Below are positions 40,166 to 51,213 of a stretch of 64,000 bases of DNA, in pieces. The notes beneath the pieces were generated by a model. The model saw only the letters and a list, made by a program, of their open reading frames with translations, did no database searches and had not been told where the DNA came from. Position 1 is the stretch's first letter. Each line of letters begins with the position of its first letter. Location of the stretch: assembly GCF_964204865.1 (NCBI RefSeq), contig NC_135256.1, positions 19,220,001 to 19,284,000 of the forward strand. Reading direction: 5' to 3'. Source of the DNA: Styela clava (Eukaryota). Made by a program: the position numbers and the translations under genes.

Positions 40166-41031
40166 TGTCATAACCGGACAAGGTATTTACACAAGTATTC
40201 TAATGAATGAGGTGAGCCAACCCAATTACCTAACTTATTTGCAATACTGTCTGAATATGGTACTAGAATACCGGCACCAAAATCATGAAAATAGTCTACT
40301 AAATATGGGATACCAGTAATGGAAAGTAACTATACCAGTAACTATATTTCCATCAATAGTCTTCTATTACTGTGTTATATACAGTAGGCCTATATAAGTT
40401 TATTTTGAATTCCCCGATGGGCAACACACATTCTAGCATTTGCTGGATGAGTCTGACAGTTGTACTGGCACCATAATATTGCAGTAAGACGGGAGATAGG
40501 CTACAAAATGAGATTAAATCTGTGAATAGTCAATGTATCGTAACTGTAGTACGGTAAGTTTTAGTTATGCACCATAGGCTAACCGGTACCGATAACTCTT
40601 GAGATCTAGGACAGTGATACAGTTCGATACCGGTAATAGCATTCTGACGTCTTTGCTTATGCCCCGGTTAAACTTAAATCGCGCATAGACTAGGTACCGT
40701 ACCGGTATATCTGTACGGTATCGGTATAGTCTAGTCTAGCTCATTTGAAACGTAGGCTATCAGATGATAGTGTTAACTCTCATGAGCACGATCAACCGCT
40801 CGATTTAATGCGTAACCAACCCCGTCGCTGCATATGATCGTAAATATATACTACTACGATATGATCGCTAAACTTCTGATGAGAGATGTCTGTACCACTG
40901 TACTACTTTATCGGATCACCGAAGAGCGCCGGTATTGAAATTACCGTCAATATATATATAAATTTCATTGAGTGGGTATCTATTAAATATTTACCTGTGA
41001 AACGGTGTTTGCAGAGAACAATATTCGAATC

Positions 41032-41080
41032 GGCGGTGTGGCGCATCGTGCTATACGTTAAGAATACGCTTGCCATCGCA
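41032..41080 (+). mobile_element. SINE 5' head fragment
   Basis: ggcggtgtggcgcatcgtgcta..aatacgcttgccatcgca matches the heads at 31485 and ~57260. Confidence 0.6.
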
Positions 41081-41589
41081 CATATGATTAACCTGATTGC
41101 TTTAGTCAATATTCATATAAAACTTGATCCTCGTAAAAAAAATCATGTTTATTTCAATTGCTAAAAAAATTATTTTTAAACAAACTTCGAAAAAAAATTA
41201 ATAAACCCTGAAGGGGATTTAGGATTTTGGTACCGGTACTCGTTGAAATAAGATGATTGTAACAAACATTACTTGCAATGAGAATAAAAACGTTGTGGTC
41301 ACAATTGGTGATCTGAATTTCATTTATTATTTATAACCGATCATGTTTTTTAATCCTGGGAATATATTTGTGAGTACATAGCATATATCCCAATTATGTC
41401 TACCCAAGAGATTGGTTTTCAATCGTTGGTTGTAAATTGAAGATGAGGTATTCCTAATATATGATAGTACTTTCCCCCACCACAGGACGACAGATTTCTT
41501 CTATTCATGCATCCATGCATAAAGGGAACAAATAAAACACCCCAGTGAACATATGGATTTTCATATGGGTGGTTGGCTTCTGGGATATT

Positions 41590-41790
41590 GGGTGGTTCAC
41601 GTAACCGCTGGTCGGTTACGGCTTCCTCCACCACCAAGTCCATGCTTCCGAAAACAAACAATACAGTAAATCTAATCCCATACCCGACTTGGAATGGTAA
41701 CCGAACGAGAGGCCGTGGTTCGCCATATGAATAAGCCGTCTTATCGCCTTTCCTCTCCCCCGGGATAAATATGTAAATCCTATCCTATCC
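41590..41790 (+). mobile_element. SINE 3' portion
   Basis: gggtggttcacgtaaccgctggtcggttacgg..cccgggataaatatgtaaatcctatcctatcc. Confidence 0.8.
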
Positions 41791-43049
41791 ATATTCATAC
41801 TTGACGTAAACTCGTAAACGGTCCCCGTGCGTTGGTTGCTTTCCTAATTTTGTGATCAGTTTTGTCAAATATTTAATCATTATGCTAATTAGAAACTAAA
41901 ATGATAAGCATATGAATAACCGTATTTCGGTTCTATTATATCGCGAAACATCCTCTTGCTTGTTTTCAACCGATTCCAAAATTTTTGACTCTAAACACTA
42001 CAATACCGACAACACGCTTGTTCCAATTCCTACACTGCTGTCAGCCTTTAGTATTTGAGTATATTTCAATTTCTGAGCTAACTTAGGCAAAGGCAGTATG
42101 GCTACGGTACGGTACCGTACCGGTGCGAAAGTTGCCAGACGATAAGTTGAACAGACCTGGGCATTAATTGTCAACCATTAAGCCCTAAATGACTTTTTCA
42201 TAGCGTGTTTTTAATAGAGTTCTATACCGGTATGTTTAAAACACACTCCTAAAATAATATTTTTTTATGCGACAAAATTTCTATTGAACAATCTTGAACT
42301 TGCGAGATTTTGTGTCTAGTAGAGGTTAATTAATTTTTATTTCAACGTTTTCTTGTGTTATTTTCCAACAGAACAACACCAAAACCACTATTATAGCAAG
42401 AATGGATACCGGTACTCTAAAATTCACGATTGTATTTACAGAATTTTCAAATTCAAGGCTTCAATTGACAATTTTGATGATGTCATACCTCTAATTATTA
42501 CTGCACAGTTTATTGTAATTTATTTCCTGTCTGAGTCACTCTAACGATTTTACATGCCACTCAATGTATCGAACTAGTATTTAAAGCGAAGCTAGAGTCC
42601 CTTTTTCGTGAAACATACGACTCTACTATAGAACATTAACTGTAAAAGACCATTATTCCAGTTGGTTAGGCTTGAATTATACTGTGTACATGCCATCCCC
42701 CATAGTATGGTTTAAACATATTCAATTGAGTTTTGTTTTTGTTTTCCTCTCTGTTAGTTTTGTTAATTTATTTTCGGTGTATGCTACTTCAGCTCAATTT
42801 CGTTTAAAAAATGGTAATTTTATATTTTTTTAAAGGCTGTGACTGACTCGATGACCTAACGGTCGCTTCATCACAGCCTCGTCACAATGCCTTGGAAATT
42901 AATTTTGAAATGTTGTATTTTGATTTTGACATTGTTGACGAAATAAAATACTACTACTACTGACATGACCATTCTCGTACTGTTGTCAGTTAGCGTTAGC
43001 TAGGTGTGGCGCTTAGTTAGATCTAGAGATAGGAATACGCTGGCCACTG

Positions 43050-43328
43050 TATAGTATACCCTAAATTTATCGCGTTTTATTTTTACTTAAATAACTTCTC
43101 AGTGGTTGTGTGTGTGTGGCTGGTGGGTGCATGTGAACGTGTGTGAAATAACTTAATAATTTTAGGTGAGTAAACACGTACCACTTCCTCTTGGCAAAAC
43201 CTTCCATCTTATATTTTGTACGTTATAAACCTTATCTAAGGTTTCGCTTGCTCCCCTGATTTCATAATCAGTTTTTATCTGTCGAATGTATTGTTATGCT
43301 GATTATGGAGTTGAAATAAACTTATACC
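43050..43328 (+). repeat. Dispersed repeat, probably a retroelement 3' tail; second copy inverted at ~50568-50790
   Basis: ttttaggtgagtaaacacgtaccacttc..ttggcaaaac..tatggagttgaaataaacttatac is shared with the reverse complement of 50568-50790. Confidence 0.65.
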
Positions 43329-43359
43329 GAATCAATGTTTAGCGTTGGCGGGTTTGCCG

Positions 43360-43620
43360 TGTAAATCCTGTGATGTGATAATGATGTGCGAGAGGATTGC
43401 TGGACTCCTCGCAGCTTAGGCTGTTTCACGTACCGTAATCGCTGGTCGGTTACAGCTTTCTCCACTCTGCCACAGCCAAGTTTGTGCATCTGAAACAAAT
43501 AACTGCTGAACTGACTAATTTATCCTATAACCGGCATGGACTGGTAACCAGATGAGAGCCGTGGTTTGCAATACAGCAATATGTTTAGGCAGACTTATTG
43601 GGTTTCCTCTCGATAAATAG
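43360..43620 (+). mobile_element. Diverged SINE copy
   Basis: atgtgcgagaggattgctggactcctcgc..gctggtcggttacagc..gccgtggttt. Confidence 0.7.
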
Positions 43621-43908
43621 CCTTTACAGCTTTAAAAATCTCAATTCTATTCATCAAATGATAGCCTAGCTTGGATGGTTAAATATCGAGCCACTTTTCT
43701 ATTATGACTAGAATGAATTTGTAATCATAATGTTTTGACTCATTGGAACTTGTTAATGCCGCATTGTAAGTTAATATTATATGCAAATTTACATCACTGC
43801 ATGATATTGTAGTAATATATATTGAAACCTCATTGAAATCCTCAGTGCTTAAATCAATTCTTTGTACTCTTTAACTCTGCAGTTAGTATATAATATACAA
43901 ACTGCATA

Positions 43909-44400
43909 ATGCGCATTGAAAAATGTTACTTTTGTTCTTCTCCAATCTATCCTGGACATGGAATCTGTTTTGTACGAAATGATTGCAAAATGTTCAGGTT
44001 TTGTCGGTCAAAGTGTAAAAAGTCTTTTAAGAAAAAGAGAAATCCTAGAAAAGTCAGATGGACCAAAGCTTTTCGTAAGTCACACAACAAGGAACTTACT
44101 ACTGATGCTTCACTTGAGTTTGAAAAGAGAAAAAATTGTCCAGTCAAGTACGACAGGGAATTATGGGAAAAGAGCATCAAGGCAATGAAACGGGTTGAAG
44201 AAATAAAAACAAAGAGACAAAATCAATTTATAATGAATAGACTGAAGGTTGGCAAGCAGCTTATGAAAGAAGCTGATTTCCGTGAGGTTAAACAAAATAT
44301 CAATCTGATCAAATCACCAGCTGCTACCACAAAACAAAAAGAAGAGGCGATGCTGGAAATTATCACTGAACCAGATGAGGAAATGCTGGAATGTAATTGA
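43909..44400 (+). CDS. RSL24D1: Probable ribosome biogenesis protein RLP24 (RSL24D1), 163 aa, intronless CDS
   Basis: [57 protein letters not shown] is the RLP24 signature; full-length uninterrupted ORF. Confidence 0.97.
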   Translation: MRIEKCYFCSSPIYPGHGICFVRNDCKMFRFCRSKCKKSFKKKRNPRKVRWTKAFRKSHNKELTTDASLEFEKRKNCPVKYDRELWEKSIKAMKRVEEIKTKRQNQFIMNRLKVGKQLMKEADFREVKQNINLIKSPAATTKQKEEAMLEIITEPDEEMLECN

Positions 44401-44817
44401 TTTGTATATCGAAATAACAATGAATTCGGGTACAATATTATTATGCCTTTTTTCCAGATTACAACGGACATAGTTGTATGCGATTCAATGTCAAGCTAAC
44501 TTTGAAATGTGTAAATATTGCATATATAACAATAGGTTTTCTGTACAAGGGAACAATGCATAATTGCTCATCAATTATCCTGATATCTCATAATTACGCA
44601 GCGTTCTCATTGTATGTTTATATGCATGACAGAACTCTGGTAGTAATTTGCAAGATTTGTTTGGTGCAGGTGCCTGTTACTGCCTTGATACATTAATTCA
44701 TTGCAAAAATATATAACGGTGTGGTTATACATGGATGTAGAGAGTGCACAGTAAAAATTTAAGGGTGAGGAGTATTTTTGTTAGCTTGTTTTAAACTGAC
44801 AGCATGCCTGGATATGA

Positions 44818-45012
44818 CTTACATATTTATCCGGGGGGGTCAAGAAAAGCCGACAAGACGGCTTAACCATATGGCAAACCACGGGCCTTTCATCCGGTTC
44901 CGGATTAGTTACTTATTAGTTTGACCAGCGATTACATGAACCACCCCCACATGGGATTCGAACCTCCGAACCCATGCAAAGTAATCGAAGGTGCGGTGGG
45001 CCACAACGCCGC
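44818..45012 (-). mobile_element. SINE copy with internal deletion
   Basis: Reverse complement of the tail (acatatttatccgggggg) and of the B-box (gggattcgaacc). Confidence 0.7.
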
Positions 45013-45462
45013 GCTAAAACTAGTTAGTTCTATATTGGAGTTTCAACGAACCAAATTGTTGGATGTCAACATGTTTTGGGATAATACTGGTAGAGAACTT
45101 CTTCCGACAAGCTCCACTCTTCAGTTCTGGCAAGAACAGCAGCAGAAAATCCAATACTTGACCAAGGCCAAACTAGTCTTTATTTGTCAATTTTATCTGA
45201 TCTGGGTTGTGAAAATTAAACTCAAGGAATAACAGCATTATTCCATAACGGAGGTGGCCCAGTTACAAATAATTAGACTTGGCTGGAGGATCAAAACTCA
45301 ATAAGAAAAACAGGTTAATTTACAAAAGATAGGATAACGTTTATACAATAAGAATCACAATGTAGCAATAGTTTCATCGATATTTTCAATGCGTCAATTT
45401 ATATCCATAAAAATTATAGTCTTAATTTCAGCAGACAGATTTTGCCCACTGCTGTTCTAGGA

Positions 45463-45764
45463 CAGGGGTGGACAACTCAAATGGGGACACAGGCTAAATT
45501 TTCCAAAATAATCTTGTTGGGTGCCATGCACAATCGTTGGTATTATAAATTAACTCCCGTAAAACACACATCAAACAAATTTCAATAACAAGACATAATA
45601 ACGGATATCTATTTATTGAAACAATTTAATGTCCTGAAAAACTGCTGATTTTGATAGAAACGTGATATTTTAATGCATATCATAAATACAATTTTTATTT
45701 TTACAAAACCATTCGCGTGCCACGTGCCAAATTTGGAACGTGTGCCCTGTGTTGTGCACCCCTG
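45463..45764. mobile_element. hAT-type MITE
   Basis: TIR caggggtggacaac / gttgtgcacccctg; TSD ttctagga / ttccagaa. Confidence 0.75.
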
Positions 45765-46049
45765 TTCCAGAACATTACTGCTGAATGTTCAGAACACACA
45801 TTCAAGCTAGAATGCTGGCAAATTCACAGTCGTAACAGCATCTGTATATAATCCAAGATGTGAACCCCATAATCCAAGTAATCTAGTTTATTGCCAACAG
45901 TAAATCACCACTGATTCATAAATGGAAATTGCAGAAATGCACTCTTGAGCACTATGTTATAAACTATAGTTGATGCAGGACAGAAAATGCAACAATCATT
46001 GTACATAGAACTTTGAACACTCAAAAATAACCACTTGCCTATCAAAAGT

Positions 46050-46110
46050 AGTTTTTTATCCAGCTGTTTCATGCATAAACGCTTTGAGAAACTGCCTTCA
46101 TTAAATTTTA
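46050..46110 (-). promoter_or_regulatory. SECIS element (type II) in the SELENOT 3' UTR
   Basis: Minus strand reads ATGAA-GGCAGTTTC-TC-AAA-GCGTTTATGC-AT-GAAACAGCT-GGAT: AUGA/GA core, 11 nt to the apical AAA, paired helix II and an apical mini-stem; about 85 nt after the stop codon. Confidence 0.88.
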
Positions 46111-46185
46111 TCGGTTCTAGCTCATATAGGCTGGTTGTTGCATTTTCATAAAAAAACAAAATCTGTATCACACTTAATGAAAATT

Positions 46186-46782
46186 TTAACTATGTACACT
46201 GTCAAAGTTTGTGCTCCCTTTAATCTTGTATTCAATGATTTCAAGGAGCTCATCAACCCTTGGTATTCTTCCAGATTGCAATTTTGACCAAACAGTTACA
46301 TCATTGAGCACAATTTCAAAAGCTCCGGTAGATACCAGCTGAGTTTCAATTGCGTTGCATAAAAAAAATGTCATCATAGCAGCATAAACCATATTTTCAC
46401 GTGCCCACAAATAAAACTGTGGGGTGTCCATGCCCATATGAGGAAAAGGATTCAATCCAGTAAGAATACAACCAATAAAAATAAATTTGAAAATTGAGAT
46501 AGCAGATGCAATAGCTTGATAGGCTTTGGGAGGAGGGTAATTTGATGCCTCAATCTTGATGTCTGAGTAACGCTGTGAAATTATTTGCGCATATTCCTCA
46601 GATGCACGGCGATACCCTCAAGAGACACATACCAAAAACTTCAAAACTGGGGTTGTAAATTTTGTTTTAAGTCCACGTACAGGTGTGTCTTCCACGCTGC
46701 TTGCTTCGACTTCCGAAAGATCCATCCAAGTTATGGCAGTAACTAATATAACAACACTACCAATGAGAGCAAGACGCCCCAT
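46186..46782 (-). CDS. SELENOT: Selenoprotein T (thioredoxin-like Rdx family), 198 aa with Sec at codon 55, intronless CDS
   Basis: ATG at 46782; signal peptide; LKFLVCVS-TGA(46620-46618)-GYRRASEEYAQIISQRYSDIKIEASNYPP, then ..IETQLVSTGAFEIVLNDVTVWSKLQSGRIP. CxxU motif plus downstream SECIS. The ORF track shows only the C-terminal part. Confidence 0.96.
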
Positions 46783-49780
46783 CTCCAACCTGTTGCAAAA
46801 CTTCGTAGAACTTCCTAGTCAGATTATCTATTTATGATAAACAATCGAGTATCTAAAATAAGAGTTGTCAAGATAACGCTTTTAATGGGGAAAAAGCCGG
46901 TAAGATCATATGGCGTATCTTGGTCCCTGCTTCCATGTCAGGTACGCGATAAGTTGGCCAGTTATTTGGTTAAGATGCATGGACTTGGTGGTATCCGGGA
47001 TACAATAATAATGAGAGAAAGTACGCTATATACCACTGTTAAGCCAGTAGGCTTATCGATTTTTGTACTTTTGATTGCTCTTGTATATATACTTCAAAAC
47101 TAAAATGATTCATTCCAACTTTCAAGAGCTTTTCAAAAACATAAGTGGTAAATCGAAATACTAAACTGCTTTATGCATGTTTTACTACTTATCAGTAACA
47201 ATTTGACAAACTGTAGTGTAAATCTTTGCCACATGAAGCATAAGCAATGCTACAGTTGAATCAATATTGATCAAGATACAGTACCAAGATAACTACAGGA
47301 TTAAACATACTGACATACCATCTAAAAAATCAATGCAGAGACTCCATGTTCAATTGGAATTTTTCAACCTCCCAGTAGACCACTCAAGTGAGTATTTTAA
47401 GAAACATACATCATTATTAGGATCTGGTATAAGTAGGCTACTTCTAGTAGGCAAAACTCAAACAACCCCACGCAGCCACGCTGCATGTGCAGATAAGGCA
47501 TATAATTCACAATTATTAGTGCTTCTGTTCACTCGGATTATAGTTTATTCGATTTTATCTCAATACAAATTATCCAATAATCAGATGATAGAAAATTACC
47601 CACGCAAATTTCAAGTGATTTCTCTATTAGCAGATTATGATAGATAAGAATGAAAAAACATTTGAAAAATTCCTAAACCAGTACGATACCGGTACTGTAC
47701 TAGGTCTATTCTGCTCTCCCTACTATCTTGGTCGTTAGTGAAATCTATTAGCAAAAACTGGATATAAACTTAAACTACACTGACTGGTCATTATGACACA
47801 AACAGACAAATGTTTCCTACATCCTGACATCTGTCACTTCTTTGAGCAGATAAGGTGAAAGAAATAACCAACACGTTCAGGTATCGAAAGCAAATTATTA
47901 TTAAGTTATGGCGCTTTTCTCTACTGGGATTATGTGCGCCAGTCTGGGGCAACCCTAAAATGCGGGAAACGGGAACTACGGGAAATGCACTAAAATGCGG
48001 GAACTGCGGGAACGACGGGAAATTGCAAAAACTAAAATGCGGGAACTACGGGAATGACGGGAACTACGGGAAATTTCACTAAAAAGCGGGAAATTTCACG
48101 AAAAGCGGGAATGACGGGAAATCGCTTTAAGGTACGGGAAATATTCATTTTGGGGTATGTTTAGGGGAAATTGTTCTAGAAAACGAAAGAAATGGTTAAT
48201 ATGCGCTTGGGGGTGTATGTACGTGAAAATTTATCTAAAATGCGGGAACGACGGCAAATCGCGTTAAAGTACGGGAAATACTCATTTCAGAGTATGTTTA
48301 GAAGAAATTGCACTAGAAAATGGAAGCAACGGGAAATATACGCTTGGGTTGTGTGGATACGGAAATTTCACTAAAAGATTCTAATAATATTCGGATTCGG
48401 ATAATATGTATTCGGATAGTATGTATGTTAGTACAATTACCCCGTACATGCACACTCAAGTATAAACGGCACTCCGAAAGTATGTGCAACAAAATGACGC
48501 ACAATCTGAACTCTAACCTGGTATACATACTATGTTCAGGTTGTGCGTCATCTTGTTGCACATACTTCGGGAGCGACGTATAAACTTGCCGTTGCTTTTG
48601 CTATTCAATGCAAAATTGCCCCACACATACTCTAAAATACTTATTTCCCATACCCTAAAGCAAATTCCCGTCATTCCCGTCTTTTGTGAAATTTCCCGTA
48701 GTTCCGGCAATTTCAAATAGACAAATTCCCGTCGTTCCCACAGTTCCCGCTTTTTAGTGCATTTCCCGGCGTTCCCGCAGTTCCCGCATTTTAGGGCCCT
48801 AAAATGCGGGAAACGGGAATGACGGGAAACGTTAATAACAAGCGAGAAAATGTTACAAAAAACGGGAATGACGGAAAATCGCTCGAAGATAAAGGAAATA
48901 CGTATTATAGTACGATTACTACGTACATGCACATTTAAGAATAAACGGGACTTCGGAAGTATTTGCAACAAAATGGCGCACAACCTGAGCTTTAACCTGG
49001 TACACATACTTGGTTCAGTTGTGCGCCATCTTGATGAACATACTCGGGAGCACTGTATAAACTTGCCGTTACTTTCGCCCTTCAGTGAAAATTTACCTCA
49101 CACATCCTCTAAAATACATATTTCCCATACCCTAAAGTAAATTCCCGTCATTCCCGTCTTTTGTGAAATTTCCCGTAGTTCCCGCAATTTCAAATTGACA
49201 AATTCCCGTCGTTCCCGCAGTTCCCGTTTTTTAGTGCATTTCCCGTCGTTCCCGTTTCCCGCATTTTAGGGCCCTAATGACGGGAAAATTTACTAATAAG
49301 CGGGAGAATGTTACGAAATGCGGGAAAGAGGGGGAAATTGCTCTCAGATAGGGAAAATATGCATTTTAGAGTGTATGTAGAGGGAATTTCACTAAATAGC
49401 GGGGAATTTCACACAAAGTGGGAATGACGGGAAATAGCTCTAAGATTGAGGAAATGGGCATTTTATTGTGTATGTACGGGAAATTGTACTAGAAGGCGAG
49501 AGCAACGGGAAATATACACTTGAGTGTGTAGGTACAAGAAATTGTATTGAAAAGCGGAAATTACGGAAAATATTACTCATGAGTAGGAACTATGTGATAT
49601 TTTGGGAAATTTCACTGAAAATTGGGTGGGTATAAGGGAAATTCTCTAGATAAGCGGCGATGACGGGAACAACGGTAATTGATGGCGATGACGGCAATGA
49701 AAAGCGAACGTATTGACAAATGACGGGGAGAGTCGGAAGAGTAAGAGCATCGCGTAAAAATAAAATAATATGTAATTAGC

Positions 49781-50360
49781 TGTTTTATATAGAAAATTAC
49801 AACAAAATATGTAAGTATTGAAAATGGCGGGAAGAGCGGAAATTGGGGAAAGGGCGGGAAGAGTAAGAATATCTCGGGAATGCGGAAAATAGGTATTTAG
49901 GTGTTTTATATAGAAAATTGCAACAAAATACGTGAGTCTTGAAAATGGTGGGAAAAGAGGAAAATTGCGGAAAAGACGGGAAGAGTGAGAATATGGCGGG
50001 AATGCGGAAAATAAGTATTCAGGTGTTTTATATAGAAAAGGGCAAAAAATACGTAAGTATTGAAAATAGCGGGAAGAGCGGAAAAATGCGGGAAGAGTAA
50101 GAATATCGCGGAATGCGGAAAATAAGTATTCAGGTGTTTTATATAAAAAATTGAAACAAAATACGTAAGTATTGAAAATGGCGGAAAAGGCGGAAAGAGT
50201 AAGAATATCTCGGGAATGCGGAAAATAAGTATTTAAGTGTTTTATATAGAAAATTGCAACAAAATACGTAAGTATTGAAAATGGTGGGAAGAACGGAAAA
50301 GGCGGGAAGATTGAGAAAATCGCTGTAAAACAGGAAGTTTATATATAGGTGTTTTTTATA
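49781..50360. repeat. Tandem repeat, about 5 units of ~100-125 bp, inside the foldback element
   Basis: Unit tgttttatatagaaaattgcaacaaaatacgtaagtattgaaaatggcggga.. recurs at ~49781, 49901, 50024, 50135 and 50237. Confidence 0.85.
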
Positions 50361-50945
50361 CAGGACATTACAATGAAATGCGAGATTCGGGAAGAACAAG
50401 AAATCTATGTACAGCATAAGATTCCTGCGGAAATCGTTTTTATTTCCACAACAGCAAGAAAAGCATCTTATAAAGTCAATTCATATGTAGCCTGCTAAGA
50501 CATGGCAGGCTGCGCTTTCGAAATTGTCCAAGCTATGTAGCGCGCGTTTCATCTATCACGATTAATAAGTATAAGTTTATTTCGACTCCATAAATAAATA
50601 AAAACCGATTATGATATCAGGAGAGCAAACAAAATCTTAGATAAGGTTGAAAACGCACAGAATATAAGATGGAGGGTTTTGCCAAGAAGAAGTGGTACGT
50701 GTTCACTCACCTAAAATATTTCACACACGCTCACACACACAATCATACAGAAGTTATAAAGTAAGAAGAACATGATAAATTACATACTGGTAGTTAAAAA
50801 ATATAAATGAATAAATGAAAAATCACTGGCCACACCATTTTAATAAATTTATATTGTTTTCCACTGCCGAATTGATCGATTCTATAAATAGGAGTGAACA
50901 GTAAAAATGAATTTTTATGAAAAATATATCGCCAAGCTGATTATT

Positions 50946-51213
50946 GTACACTTTTGTGGACATAACGATCGTTTCAATATTATATTATTATTTTTCTTTT
51001 GCTTGGTCATGATAAAATCGCTTTTCTCTTCGAATACTTGACTAATTGTTTTGATATTTTCAGTGGTTAAAGATTAATTTTATCGCCAGAAGGCTATCAC
51101 TTTTACTTATTTCAAAAATTTCTGTGGACTTCAAGAGATTCGTTTTTTATGTGTCAGAATAAAAAATAGCGACACCTTGTGACGTGTCCATATATTTGAG
51201 CACAGCTCTCTTG
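50946..51213 (+). mobile_element. HINE copy nested in the foldback loop
   Basis: gtggacataacgatcgtttcaatatt..gacgtgtccatatatttgagcacagctctcttg followed by tt. Confidence 0.75.

Noticed and set aside
40755-40885. C/D snoRNA-like segment bounded by atcag..ctgat with internal hairpins
   Set aside because: Box C is non-canonical (ATGATAG) and no rRNA guide was recognisable; would need a covariance-model search.
43916-44471. ORFs overlapping RSL24D1 in other frames or antisense
   Set aside because: Shadows of the real CDS with no recognisable motifs.
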